Source: Candidatus Moraniibacteriota bacterium (lineage in GTDB: Bacteria; Patescibacteriota; Minisyncoccia; Moranbacterales; UBA1568). Taken from it: a stretch of 64,000 nucleotides of DNA. Below are positions 9,852 to 19,150 of this stretch, piece after piece (positions within the stretch are counted from its first letter, which is position 1; every line of letters starts with the position of its first letter). Below the pieces are notes generated by a model. The model worked only from the letters and a program-made list of their open reading frames with translations, ran no database searches and was not told where the DNA came from. The stretch lies in assembly GCA_016699425.1 (NCBI GenBank), contig CP064975.1:718098-782097 (forward strand). The letters are read 5' to 3'. Made by a program: the position numbers and the translations under genes.

Positions 9852-9982
9852 AGGCGTTATTTATAGCAAACAAACAAAAGAGGCTCTTCTGAGCCATCGT
9901 TTCTATCGGCTCCATTCTACGCCCTCCCCTCCGTTTGGTCAAAGCAAAGACCGTAATCCTCAGTCACCGACACCATCACTAT

Positions 9983-10010
9983 TGATTCTTTGGCTACCCG
10001 ATGCTATGCT
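9983..10010 (+). promoter_or_regulatory. Candidate sigma70 promoter (TTGATT-16-TATGCT) for the downstream membrane-protein gene
   Basis: The hexamers lie about 65 nt upstream of the ATG at 10076, inside the divergent intergenic region. Confidence 0.35.
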
Positions 10011-10075
10011 AGTGCTTCGTCAAAATCATTTCCCTGACGAACCACACGTCCCTTTCAATTAGCCAGGAGAACAGC

Positions 10076-10504
10076 ATGAATGCATCGACATTCGCTTTAG
10101 CGGCTTTCATCGCCTTTGCCTACGTCGCATGGCCCAATCTCAGCAAGGCACTTGGCGTAAGCGGCGGACTCATCGCTTTCATCATGGTGGCTGGCGCACT
10201 TGTCGTGCTGATCATCACGTCTCATCAAGACCTAATGTCGATTGGAAAACTCACGACGAAGCAGGTACTCTGGATCACCTTTTTTGCAATCGCGAATGGC
10301 ATAGCTGTGTACCTCTATGCCGAGACGGCTGCCGACAAGCGTGTCTCCACGGCGATTTTCCTCACTATGATTTTTGTCCTGGAGGTCGCTTTTGCTCCAT
10401 TCATCGAATGGTATGTCACCGGGACGAAGCCTGACCTGATCCTAGCGTTCGGCTATGTACTCATACTGCCTGGCATGTGGATCATCGGCACAAGATCTGG
10501 CTAA
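10076..10504 (+). CDS. Hypothetical small polytopic membrane protein (4 TM)
   Basis: 142 aa of hydrophobic helices. No recognisable motif. Confidence 0.5.
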   Translation: MNASTFALAAFIAFAYVAWPNLSKALGVSGGLIAFIMVAGALVVLIITSHQDLMSIGKLTTKQVLWITFFAIANGIAVYLYAETAADKRVSTAIFLTMIFVLEVAFAPFIEWYVTGTKPDLILAFGYVLILPGMWIIGTRSG

Positions 10505-10583
10505 CTGCCATAAAGGAACTCAAAGAAAGGGACTGTATTCCAAATGGAATCAGTCCCTTTACAATTCCTCTTGAAGAGCGAGA

Positions 10584-10985
10584 TTATTTGAGGGTCACGG
10601 TCGCACCGGCTTCCTCGAGCTTCTTCTTCATCACTTCGGCATCGGCCTTGGCGACTTTCTCCTTGATCACCTTTGGAGCGGCGTCGACGAGATCCTTGGC
10701 TTCCTTGAGGCCCAAGCCGGTCACTTCACGGACCGCCTTGATGGCATTGATCTTCTGCTGACCCGCGGCGGTGAGCTCGACATCGAAATCTGTCTTTTCT
10801 TCGACTTCTTCAGTAGCGGCGGCTGGCGCGGCACCCATCATCATCGGGGCAGCGGCTGACACGCCGAACTTTTCCTCGAGCACGCTCACGAGCTCGGACA
10901 GGTCGAGCACGCTCATCTTTTCGATCTCAGCGACGAGCTTCTCGAACTTCTCCGGCACAACGACTTCCTTCTTTTCCTCTGACAT
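10584..10985 (-). CDS. rplL: 50S ribosomal protein L7/L12
   Basis: [24 protein letters not shown]...[11 protein letters not shown] is the canonical L12 C-terminal domain. Confidence 0.95.
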   Translation of the reverse strand: MSEEKKEVVVPEKFEKLVAEIEKMSVLDLSELVSVLEEKFGVSAAAPMMMGAAPAAATEEVEEKTDFDVELTAAGQQKINAIKAVREVTGLGLKEAKDLVDAAPKVIKEKVAKADAEVMKKKLEEAGATVTLK

Positions 10986-11015
10986 ATGCGTACTGATTAC
11001 GTGATTACAAATTGA

Positions 11016-11540
11016 TTAGGCACCCTTGGCATCCCGCACCGCACCGAGTACTCGGACCAACCCCGTGAGATTACCCGAGAGGGTCCGGACGAATCCAGCG
11101 ATCGGCGCTTGGAGTGTCCCGACAAGCTTTGCCCGGAGCTCATCCTTGGACGGCAATTTGGCTAGCGCCTTCACTGCTTCCACAGACAACGCCTCAGATC
11201 CGAGCGAGCCCCCGACAATTGAGAGCGTCGAGTCCTTGTGCGCTTTGATGAAATCGGCAATTGTTTTGGCGGCCGCAACTTCGTCCACAGAGAACGCGAC
11301 GCCGACCTGGCCGTCGAGAGCACGAGCGTCCACCTTCACACCGACCTCATCCAGCGCGCGATTGAGGAGGGTTTTCTTCAACACCTGCCAGCTCGAGCCC
11401 GTCTCGCGGAGACTCCGACGGAGTGTCGTGATATCCTTCACCGAAACGCCCTTGAAGTTGGCAAACACCAGTGCCTTCGAGCCCTTCGCTTTGGCTGCGA
11501 CACTGGCGATGAGCTCGGTCTTCTGTGATTTATTCTGCAT
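11016..11540 (-). CDS. rplJ: 50S ribosomal protein L10
   Basis: MQNKSQKTELIASVAAKAKGSKALVFANFKGVSVKDITTLRRSL, located immediately upstream of rplL. I chose the internal Met start. Confidence 0.9.
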   Translation of the reverse strand: MQNKSQKTELIASVAAKAKGSKALVFANFKGVSVKDITTLRRSLRETGSSWQVLKKTLLNRALDEVGVKVDARALDGQVGVAFSVDEVAAAKTIADFIKAHKDSTLSIVGGSLGSEALSVEAVKALAKLPSKDELRAKLVGTLQAPIAGFVRTLSGNLTGLVRVLGAVRDAKGA

Positions 11541-11946
11541 AGTGAGATAACCGACAACCAACAACGGACAACCAACAACTTTATTCAAACACAGAAATTA
11601 TTCCTCTGGTTTTCGGCTGTCGGCTATCGAGTAGTCGGTTGTGAAATTAACAAAAAATCTCCCTTTCCAGGAGACCGAAACAAGTAAAACCGCAAGGCTT
11701 CGAATCGTTCCTGCTAGGGATTTATCTACTCATTATTACTCTTGAGCAGTACCTTAGGTCTCTGGAAATATTCAGTTGTAGCACCATCGTAGCCTGAGAA
11801 ACGAGCCGCTGTCAACCCCGCACCATTCTCCACGACGACTTCGTCACTCCAGAGAAACCACCTAACTATTCCGACTCCGCCCTCAGGCATCAGTATTTTG
11901 GCCTCGACAATCCCGAGAAGAATAGTGCGGGGTCAACTCCGATTAC

Positions 11947-12408
11947 TCAGACTTTCGGGGCCTCGGCTGGAGCGACTTCAGCAGGGGTCGTCGCCTCAGC
12001 GGGAGCGCTCGCCACGACTGGGGTAGCTTCGGTGGCCGCCTCTTCCACCTTCAAAGCTTCTTCTTCCTTTTTATCTACCTGAGCTTCGGCAGGCTTTTCC
12101 TCAGCCGGTTTCTCCTCGACTAGCGGCTCCTCCTTTTTTACCGGACGTGGCATACGCTTGGGCGTGATTTTCCCTTCGATGACACCCTCCTTCACGAGCA
12201 TATTGTGGACACGATCAGATGGCTGGGCGCCCTGGCCGATCCAATACAGGATGCGGTCCTTCTTGAAAATCGTCACCTTGGAGTGCGGGTCATGGCTCCC
12301 GAGCATCTCCACATGGCGATGGCCTGGGGCTTTGGTTTTCTCCTGAAGGACGACTCGGAATTGAGCCTGGTTTCTCTTGCCGAAGCGGTTGAGGCGGATG
12401 ACGAGCAT
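11947..12408 (-). CDS. rpsP: 30S ribosomal protein S16 with an Ala/Glu/Pro/Lys-rich C-terminal extension
   Basis: MLVIRLNRFGKRNQAQFRVVL is the S16 N-terminus. An AGGAAA Shine-Dalgarno sequence precedes the ATG. Confidence 0.9.
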   Translation of the reverse strand: MLVIRLNRFGKRNQAQFRVVLQEKTKAPGHRHVEMLGSHDPHSKVTIFKKDRILYWIGQGAQPSDRVHNMLVKEGVIEGKITPKRMPRPVKKEEPLVEEKPAEEKPAEAQVDKKEEEALKVEEAATEATPVVASAPAEATTPAEVAPAEAPKV

Positions 12409-12545
12409 AATTTCCTAAATAAGCGTAAAATCGACACCAATCCACCGAAAGGAGGATACGAAAGCCATTCTAGCCGGATTCTTCCTGGGTGTCAACTTAG
12501 GCTGGGACCTCAACTTTCCCTATCCTCAGCAGTCTGGTCGAACGA

Positions 12546-13232
12546 CTACGGATGTATCGCTTGCGTCCTCACAAAACCACCGTCTTCATTTACATAGTAG
12601 CGAAAATCTGAATCCCCTTGCGTGAAGGTCACATCGACGATCTCTGTCTCCGGATCCAAACAAGGTATTTTGAGAAATGATCTCTTCTCCCAAACTAATC
12701 GAGTGACGCCGACTGAACTCGCTTGCTCGGAGAAGGTATCCAGTCGAAAGGATAATTGGTGCAGGCCTTCACTCGTATCGGGACCGACTGGTATTCCTTC
12801 GGTCCATTCATTGCTATTCCCATGTACCCGCTGATCAGCCTTGTAGACCAATTGATTATCCCAGAACACCGACAATAGTCCACCGCTGCCTCCGAAGCGG
12901 TAATCAAATTGGATGATGAGGTTCTGTCCAACGGTGATACTCGCATCTTGCCCTCGACTTATCTGGACTGGATAGACGACCCAAACGGGTTTGTCTTTTT
13001 CTGCCTCCAACACAAAAGTCTTGTCGTTCTTGACCATGAAACTCCCGCTAGGGCTTTGAAAAGATGGCAGATTCAGATCAATATCAAATGGCTGCAGGTC
13101 TGAAGTCATACAAAAATGATTCAACTCCAAAGGTCCTTCTGAACCGCGAGAATTCAACACCGCTGCCCGTTTCTTAGTCTGGATAGTTTTGGGGTCCACC
13201 TGGAGTAACGTAGCGAGTGCCATTCGAGTCAT
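12546..13232 (-). CDS. Hypothetical Gly/Ser/Asp-rich, beta-type domain protein, probably extracytoplasmic. Its region has lower GC than the rest of the window.
   Basis: 228-aa ORF with no recognisable motif. GC is about 48%, against about 59% for the surroundings. Confidence 0.45.
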   Translation of the reverse strand: MTRMALATLLQVDPKTIQTKKRAAVLNSRGSEGPLELNHFCMTSDLQPFDIDLNLPSFQSPSGSFMVKNDKTFVLEAEKDKPVWVVYPVQISRGQDASITVGQNLIIQFDYRFGGSGGLLSVFWDNQLVYKADQRVHGNSNEWTEGIPVGPDTSEGLHQLSFRLDTFSEQASSVGVTRLVWEKRSFLKIPCLDPETEIVDVTFTQGDSDFRYYVNEDGGFVRTQAIHP

Positions 13233-13236
13233 ATCT

Positions 13237-13392
13237 ATAGCCTGATCAATGTTCTTTTTTCAGGTTCGATATTCGAAACAGTCGACTCTGGTACTGCCGA
13301 GTTCTGAATATACACCACGTATAAAGCAATGGCATTGAGAGCAACAACGGCTGCTATTACAATCCACATTTTCCGATTCATATTCGTCATTT
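13237..13392 (-). CDS. Small ORF encoding an N-terminal TM signal-anchor (MTNMNRKMWIVIAAVVALNAIALYVVYIQ...). It is possibly the 5' end of the 228-aa gene, split by a frameshift at an A6 tract.
   Basis: Manual translation of the minus strand gives a 51-codon ORF. It ends 4 nt into the next ORF, at plus-strand T6 13255-13260. Adding one A would fuse the two in frame (…SNIEPEKKNIDQAIDMTRMALAT…). Confidence 0.3.
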
Positions 13393-13411
13393 TATTTCCC
13401 CTTATACTGTA

Positions 13412-15790
13412 CTATTTCGTCTCCACTTTTCCACCCTCACCGACTTGGTCGAGCCGGATGGAGAGGAGCTTCGAGACGCCGTCTTTGGCCATAGTCACAC
13501 CATAGATGAGTCCGGCCTGCGCCATCGTCTCGCGGTTATGCGTGATGGCGATGAACTGGGTGTGTTCGGAGAGTTCCGCGAGCATTTTGGAGAAACGCCG
13601 AGAATTCGCTTCGTCGAGGGCCGCTTCGACTTCATCAAGAACAGCAAACGGCGGCGGATTGTGCGAGATGATCGCAAAGAGGAGTGCGAGGGACGTGAGC
13701 GAACGTTCGCCGCCTGAGAGCATAGACAAGTTGTGGATGCGTTTACCAGGTGGACACGCCGCGATCTCGATACCGACTTCATACGCCTCCGGAGTCGCTT
13801 CAGCATCGCCGAGCTCGTCTTCGTCCTCTGCCGCATCATCCGCCGATTTCCGCAGTTTCACCCGCACGATCTCCAGGCTCGCCTTGCCGCCACCAAAGAT
13901 GATCTTGAAGTATTCGGCAAACCGCTTGTCGATTTCCTTGAACGCGCCCTTGAACGCAGCATCGATCTTGTGATCCATTTCCTTGATGACTTCCTTCAGC
14001 GACTCGGCGGCCTTTTTCAAATCCTCAGATTCGGTCGAAAGAAAGGTGAAACGCTTTTCCGTTTCCTGGAATTCGTCAACAACCAGCGGGTCAATCGTGC
14101 CGACATGCTCCACTTCCACCTTCAGCCGGGCGACTTCACGTTCGAGCTTCTCGCGTTCGACCAACGTCCCGTCGTACTGGAGCGCTTCCGGCGCGAGCGA
14201 GAGCTCTTCGCGGATGAGCGCGGTCAGGTCTTCCTCGCGGACTTCGACCCGAGCGAGGCCGACCTTCAAATCGTTCAGCTCATCTTTCTTCCGCTGGAGG
14301 AGATGTTCTTTCTCACGGAACTCTTTTTCCGCCGCAAAATAGGCTTCCCGTTCGGCTTTCCCCGATTCCCGGACGGTAGCGAGTTCGGCGTTCTTTTCAG
14401 ACACGCGCTGTTCAAAGGATCGGGCTTGTTCATGCAACGTCGCAAGTTGCGACTCAATCTCGGCCAGACGCGCTGCCGTGGCTTCACGCTCCGTATCCGA
14501 GATGGCCATGACCTTCTTCATCTTCACACTCCCCTCGCCAGCCTGGGCGCGCAGATCAGCGATCCGCTGACGGACAACCGTCGCGAACTCGCGGATATCC
14601 TGCAGATCTTCAAGTTGCTCGATATGCGCTAATTTATCGATGAGTTCTGCCTGGAGTTTCGCTATTTCTTCGAGCCGAGCCTGGACGAATGGAAGATCGA
14701 CTGGGATGATTTCGATTTCTTCACGTTCCCGCTGCTTCTCCCTCTCCGCTTCTTGGCGACCCTCGAGGACGCTCGTCTCCCGGATTATCACATTGAGTTC
14801 TGCGCGCAGTTTCCCAAGTTCATTCTCGATGGCATCCTCGCGTTCATTCGTCTCCATGGCGGTCGCTGCCCGTTTCGATTGCGCCTCAAGTGTCACCGTC
14901 TCGTGTTCAAGAGCAGCAATCGCCTCCTCAATCGCTGTTCGTCGGACGATAAGACTGCCCCGCTCTTCGCTCTGGGTATGCCAGAGAAAACTGTAGAGGA
15001 GCTCCTGTTTCGCTCGGAGTTTCAAGGCGATGTCTTTGGCCTGAGACGCTTTTTCGGCTTGGCGGCGGAGATTCCGAAGGTGTGGTTCGATCTCGATGAC
15101 GAGTGAATCGACACGGACGAGGTTTTCGCGTGTGCTTTCAAGCTTCCGAAGGGCGCGCTCTTTCTCGATCTGATATGGCTTCACTCCGGCAGCGTCCTCG
15201 AAGATGGCACGACGCTCCAAAGGCGTCGCATTAAGCACAGCGTCGCTCATGCCTTGTGTGATTACGCAGTAGCTATCACGGCCGACCCCGGCCTTGGCCA
15301 AGAGGTCGACGACATCGAGGAGTCGAACGCGCGAACCATTGATCAGATATTCACCCTCGCCATCTCGGTGGACCTTGCGCGTGATCGCGACCTCCGAAAA
15401 CTCTATCGGGATACGTTTGTCGGTATTGTCAAAGTAGAGCGTGACTGACGCCGTCCCAAGCCGCGCTTTGCCCTCGGTCCCAGCAAAGATGACGTCTTCG
15501 GACTTCTTGCCACGCAAGTTCTTCGATGACTGCTCACCGATCGCCCAACGGATTGCATCGGCCACATTGGACTTGCCACTGCCATTGGGCCCGACGATCG
15601 CGGTGATGCCGCACCGGCCCACATCTCTTCGAGAAGTGTTTCCGGCAGGCTTTCCGCTATTATCTGAAGCGATATCCCTGCCCGACTCATTATGCGAAGC
15701 ATCATAGACGGGACAGTCAGGTAGAAAATCCAAAGCTGTCTTCGTGGCGAAAGACTTGAAACCGTTCAGTTCGAGTTTCTTGAGATACAC
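13412..15790 (-). CDS. smc: SMC-family chromosome-partition ATPase, short (792 aa) and hinge-less, with a roughly 38-aa insertion before Walker A
   Basis: N-terminus MYLKKLELNGFKSFATKT…ITAIVGPNGSGKSNVADAIRWAIGEQSSKNLRG. C-terminus LSGGERSLTSLALLFAIISHNPPPFAVLDEVEAALD. The coiled-coil middle has no Gly-rich hinge. Confidence 0.8.
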   Translation of the reverse strand: MYLKKLELNGFKSFATKTALDFLPDCPVYDASHNESGRDIASDNSGKPAGNTSRRDVGRCGITAIVGPNGSGKSNVADAIRWAIGEQSSKNLRGKKSEDVIFAGTEGKARLGTASVTLYFDNTDKRIPIEFSEVAITRKVHRDGEGEYLINGSRVRLLDVVDLLAKAGVGRDSYCVITQGMSDAVLNATPLERRAIFEDAAGVKPYQIEKERALRKLESTRENLVRVDSLVIEIEPHLRNLRRQAEKASQAKDIALKLRAKQELLYSFLWHTQSEERGSLIVRRTAIEEAIAALEHETVTLEAQSKRAATAMETNEREDAIENELGKLRAELNVIIRETSVLEGRQEAEREKQREREEIEIIPVDLPFVQARLEEIAKLQAELIDKLAHIEQLEDLQDIREFATVVRQRIADLRAQAGEGSVKMKKVMAISDTEREATAARLAEIESQLATLHEQARSFEQRVSEKNAELATVRESGKAEREAYFAAEKEFREKEHLLQRKKDELNDLKVGLARVEVREEDLTALIREELSLAPEALQYDGTLVEREKLEREVARLKVEVEHVGTIDPLVVDEFQETEKRFTFLSTESEDLKKAAESLKEVIKEMDHKIDAAFKGAFKEIDKRFAEYFKIIFGGGKASLEIVRVKLRKSADDAAEDEDELGDAEATPEAYEVGIEIAACPPGKRIHNLSMLSGGERSLTSLALLFAIISHNPPPFAVLDEVEAALDEANSRRFSKMLAELSEHTQFIAITHNRETMAQAGLIYGVTMAKDGVSKLLSIRLDQVGEGGKVETK

Positions 15791-15963
15791 GTCGGAAGAA
15801 TCAGGAATTATGATTCAAGAATAAAGCAAAAAAGAGCGTGGCTTCCCCTTATCCCACATTCTGACTTCTATATTCTACCCCCAGTATAGCTTCTCTCAAG
15901 ACAAAAAGAAAAAGAGTTCCCGGACCTTCACTATACGCTCACAACTCAACTCTACAGGCTAAA

Positions 15964-16656
15964 TTACCACCCCTTCTTAACCAGCCCTTCCTTGGCGGCA
16001 TTGCGTTGCGCCTCCTGTTTGGACAGTCCCTCGCCCTCGGCGATGAGTTCGTCGCCGATGAAGACCCCCGCGATGAAACGCCGGTCATGATCCGGACCGG
16101 ACTCGCGCAGTACCCGATACTGCGGCGTGACCCCCTGCTTCTCTTGAGCCAGCTCCTGAAAACGACTCTTCGGATCAGTATACAGTTTAGCATCGAGCAC
16201 TTCCTGTATCCGCGTCAGCACTTGCGCTTCGATGAAGGCTTGGGCCGCCGTATATCCCTGATCGAGATAGAGTGCCCCGATGACAGCCTCGACCACGTTG
16301 GCGACGAGGAACTGACGCGCTCGGCCAGTGTCTTTTGACTCGCCTCGACTCATGAGGAGGAATTGCTCGATCCCCAGATCATGACCGACCTTGGCGAGCA
16401 TATCACTATTGACCAGCGCCGCTCGGAGCGCCGTCAGTTCGCCCTCGGGACGCTCGGGAAAATCCGCGTACAGCCGCTCCGTCACGACGAGTTCCAGCAC
16501 CGCGTCACCGAGGAATTCCAGCCGCTCATTGTGCGGGACCGGATGACTCTTGTGCTCGTTCAGATACGAACGATGCGTCACAGCCTCTTGGAAGAGCGCC
16601 GCGTTGCCGATCTTGATGCCGAGTGTCTTGGCGATTTTCTGTGCGTCAAATGTCAT
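15964..16656 (-). CDS. rnc: Ribonuclease III
   Basis: ERLEFLGDAVLELVVTERLY is the RNase III signature. A C-terminal dsRBD is present. Confidence 0.9.
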   Translation of the reverse strand: MTFDAQKIAKTLGIKIGNAALFQEAVTHRSYLNEHKSHPVPHNERLEFLGDAVLELVVTERLYADFPERPEGELTALRAALVNSDMLAKVGHDLGIEQFLLMSRGESKDTGRARQFLVANVVEAVIGALYLDQGYTAAQAFIEAQVLTRIQEVLDAKLYTDPKSRFQELAQEKQGVTPQYRVLRESGPDHDRRFIAGVFIGDELIAEGEGLSKQEAQRNAAKEGLVKKGW

Positions 16657-16860
16657 AAAACTGGCTCGTCTAATCCCTGTAAAGAAAAGTACCTGTTCAG
16701 AACCTAAGAAGAAATCTCTCTTTTCTACTCCAAATCTGCTCTTTTGGCTGCAAAGCACTCAAGACTCGTCGGGTTACTCGCCGAGTAGCCTTTCTCATCT
16801 TTCGCACTTTTCGTTCAAAACATCAGTTTTTCGTTACGAAAAAGAGATTCATCTCAGGTT

Positions 16861-17400
16861 CTATTCGCCCTTCGCAGCTTTCATCTTCGACTTATCTTCT
16901 TCCCCACTATCCGCTGGCTCGGCCTGCAGTTCTTCGGCCCGCTTGGCCTTGTGCTTTTCACTCGTATCATCCTTCATCGGCTCCCCCATCTCACGGTAAA
17001 TCGTCCCGAGTACACCATTGACGAAGCGCGGCGTCGCATCACTCCCGAAACTTTTCCCCAGTTCGATCGCTTCATTGATCGCGACCTTGGGTGGCACTTC
17101 CTCATAATCCCCAAACATAAGTTCCGCGATGCCGAGCCGCAAGATATTGCGATCGACAACCGTCACCTGCTCGAGCGGCCACTCGGGTGCACATTTTTCG
17201 ATGAGCTGATCGATTGTCGAACGATTGTGCAGCACGCTCTCCATCAAACGGCGCGCGAAAGTGTACTCCTCGAGCCCAGGGGCGAATTCCTCCATGTTTT
17301 TGCGGAGGACGGCGAGCGCTTTTTCATCATGCTTCCCCTGAAAGTCCCATTCGAAGAGAGACTGCATGACGACCGAACGCTGAAGGTGTCTATTGGCCAT
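16861..17400 (-). CDS. nusB: Transcription antitermination factor NusB with an acidic/Lys-rich C-terminal tail
   Basis: RRLMESVLHNRSTIDQLIEKCAPEWPLEQVTVVDRNILRLGIAELMF is a NusB fold motif. Confidence 0.85.
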   Translation of the reverse strand: MANRHLQRSVVMQSLFEWDFQGKHDEKALAVLRKNMEEFAPGLEEYTFARRLMESVLHNRSTIDQLIEKCAPEWPLEQVTVVDRNILRLGIAELMFGDYEEVPPKVAINEAIELGKSFGSDATPRFVNGVLGTIYREMGEPMKDDTSEKHKAKRAEELQAEPADSGEEDKSKMKAAKGE

Positions 17401-17557
17401 GGCGGCAAGGAACTACTTGATTATGTTTAGGTTCAGTATAGCATTTCTCCCTCTGACGTACAGCAGGATCTCGATACTTGTACCTTTTGCCGCGCCAGTT
17501 GGCGGATTGAATATAATCTTCTGACTCAAGATTCCTCATTCGATATTCTCCATTCTA

Positions 17558-17581
17558 AAGCAAAAGACTGCCCTTAGGCAG
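17558..17581 (-). terminator. Rho-independent terminator after rpmF (CUGCC-UAAG-GGCAG followed by UCUUUUG). The stop codon sits in the loop.
   Basis: Inverted repeat ctgcc/ggcag at plus 17568-17581. A plus-strand A-run at 17562-17567 gives a U-tract on the minus strand. Confidence 0.55.
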
Positions 17582-17777
17582 CTTTTGCGGTTTTCATTTT
17601 TGGAGTGGTCTTCACAACCTCGCGTCCCTTGTAGTGGCCGCACTCTTTGCAAGCCCGATGTGGGAGGACTTCCGCCTGACACTTCGGACACTTCGCGGTA
17701 ACCACGGGAGTAAGTTCGAGGAATTTGCGCGCTCGGTCGCGGCGATGATGGGTATGTCGTTGCTTGGGGAGAGCCAT
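17574..17777 (-). CDS. rpmF: 50S ribosomal protein L32
   Basis: MALPKQRHTHHRRDRARKF…CPKCQAEVLPHRACKECGHY is L32 with its zinc ribbon. Confidence 0.85.
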   Translation of the reverse strand: MALPKQRHTHHRRDRARKFLELTPVVTAKCPKCQAEVLPHRACKECGHYKGREVVKTTPKMKTAKAA

Positions 17778-17861
17778 AGACGAACAGTTAGCGAGTCTAC
17801 CCTGAGCTCAGTCGAAGGGTAGGTCTGACGAGGAATTAGCGTTTAGGGGATAGCGTGTAAC

Positions 17862-17886
17862 GTATAGAAAAAGCCTCTGCAAGGCT
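17862..17886 (-). terminator. Rho-independent terminator after rnhB (AGCCU-UGCAG-AGGCU followed by UUUUU)
   Basis: Inverted repeat at plus 17872-17886, with plus-strand A5 at 17867-17871. Confidence 0.5.
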
Positions 17887-17897
17887 CTGCTAGAGTA

Positions 17898-18653
17898 TCA
17901 GATCGGTCGCTTCTTGGCAATACTGGGCCGTTTCTTGGGCTGGAGATCGCGGGAAAACCGCTGATTGACCGTCTCGGGATTGGCCAGCTGGACTGGACGG
18001 AAGCTTTTCCGGTGAATCGGGGTCGGCCCGTACTTTCGGAGGGCTTCCATGTGCTCCCGCGTCCCATAACCCTTGTGCCGGGCGAAGCCATACGCCGGAT
18101 ATTCGTGGTCAGCGAGGATGATGAGCCGGTCGCGCGTCACTTTGGCGATGATGGACGCGGCGGCAATCGACTTCACCAGTCCGTCGCCATCGACAATCGC
18201 TTCTTGTGCTAGGGAAGTATTTGGAATCTTCTGATTGCCATCTATCAATAAAACAAGTTTCTCTTCCCCCTTGATTCCTAACTCTTGATTCAAGATTCTC
18301 CGCAATTCAGATATTGCGGACCGCATCGCCAGGAACGTCGCCTGAAGGATATTCACTCGATCGATCGTCTCGGCAGAAATGATCCCCACCCCGATATGGA
18401 ATTGATCTCGTACAAAGAGATACGCCTGTTCGCGCTGTTTTTCACTAAGTTTCTTCGAATCCCGCACCAACTTCCATAGTTTCTCATTTTCTTCTTTCTC
18501 GAGATTCGAAATCCGAGATTCGAAATTTTTCAGCAAAACTGCTGCCGCCACGACCGGTCCAGCCAAGGGTCCCCGCCCGGCCTCATCGATCCCAATCGGG
18601 ATTAGGCCCTGTCCAGTAAGCCTCTTTTCATATTCAAAAGTCGGGAGTTGCAT
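17898..18653 (-). CDS. rnhB: Ribonuclease HII with a basic C-terminal tail
   Basis: GIDEAGRGPLAGPVVAAAV is the RNase HII active-site motif. Confidence 0.9.
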   Translation of the reverse strand: MQLPTFEYEKRLTGQGLIPIGIDEAGRGPLAGPVVAAAVLLKNFESRISNLEKEENEKLWKLVRDSKKLSEKQREQAYLFVRDQFHIGVGIISAETIDRVNILQATFLAMRSAISELRRILNQELGIKGEEKLVLLIDGNQKIPNTSLAQEAIVDGDGLVKSIAAASIIAKVTRDRLIILADHEYPAYGFARHKGYGTREHMEALRKYGPTPIHRKSFRPVQLANPETVNQRFSRDLQPKKRPSIAKKRPI

Positions 18654-18706
18654 ATATCAATGTCTCTATCGTAGCACCAAAAAATACCAGTTATAAGCCG
18701 TTTTAC

Positions 18707-19096
18707 GTGAGTATTGACACACTGCCGTCAATAAGTTATCGTATACTGTCCTTGAAATTCGAGGGCGAGTTCTTCCAACTGTCGGAGGTGGAAATGAAAA
18801 ATCCGTTTCGAAACCCGTTCTTTGTGATTCTCCTCATCATAGCAGCTGTCTTTACTAGCTTGCTCTGGGGCAGCCACTACGTCGTTCTTTTGTTTACCGA
18901 CTCAAGCGCTACCGCATGGCTGGTCATCCTAGGAGTCCTTCTGATCGTCCTGGTTCTCATACGGTTTCGCAGGACCAGACTCTTGACGCCACACGAGGCT
19001 CAGGACAGGTTACTGAAAATTCTGGAACCTCCAGACTTTCGTAACACTCACCCAAAGAGCACGAGCAACAAGCGTGAAGAACCACCCGGCCAATAA
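18707..19096 (+). CDS. Hypothetical small membrane protein (2 TM). The real start is possibly the internal MKNPF.
   Basis: The ORF has hydrophobic helices and is followed by a strong terminator. No recognisable motif. Confidence 0.4.
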   Translation: MSIDTLPSISYRILSLKFEGEFFQLSEVEMKNPFRNPFFVILLIIAAVFTSLLWGSHYVVLLFTDSSATAWLVILGVLLIVLVLIRFRRTRLLTPHEAQDRLLKILEPPDFRNTHPKSTSNKREEPPGQ

Positions 19097-19113
19097 ACCA
19101 CCAAGCCCCCGAG

Positions 19114-19150
19114 AGCTGCCCGACCAAAATCCGGCAGCTTCTTTCTTTCC
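19114..19150 (+). terminator. Rho-independent terminator (8-bp stem AGCUGCCG/CGGCAGCU followed by UCUUUCUUUCC)
   Basis: Inverted repeat at 19114-19139 followed by a T/C-rich run. It sits downstream of the 18707 ORF and upstream of dnaE. Confidence 0.55.

Noticed and set aside
11711-11890. 59-codon minus-strand ORF (MPEGGVGIVRWFLWSDEVVVENG…) in the rpsP-rplJ spacer
   Set aside because: Its codon usage (ata, agg, aga, agt, aat, aca) is atypical for this genome, which strongly prefers G/C-ending codons. The ORF is below the length cutoff. The spacer is more likely regulatory RNA.
16836-16852. Perfect AT-rich palindrome TTTTTCG-TTA-CGAAAAA downstream of nusB, considered as a possible terminator
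   Set aside because: The stem is almost entirely A-U, which gives very low stability, and the U-tract is poorly positioned. Not convincing as an intrinsic terminator.
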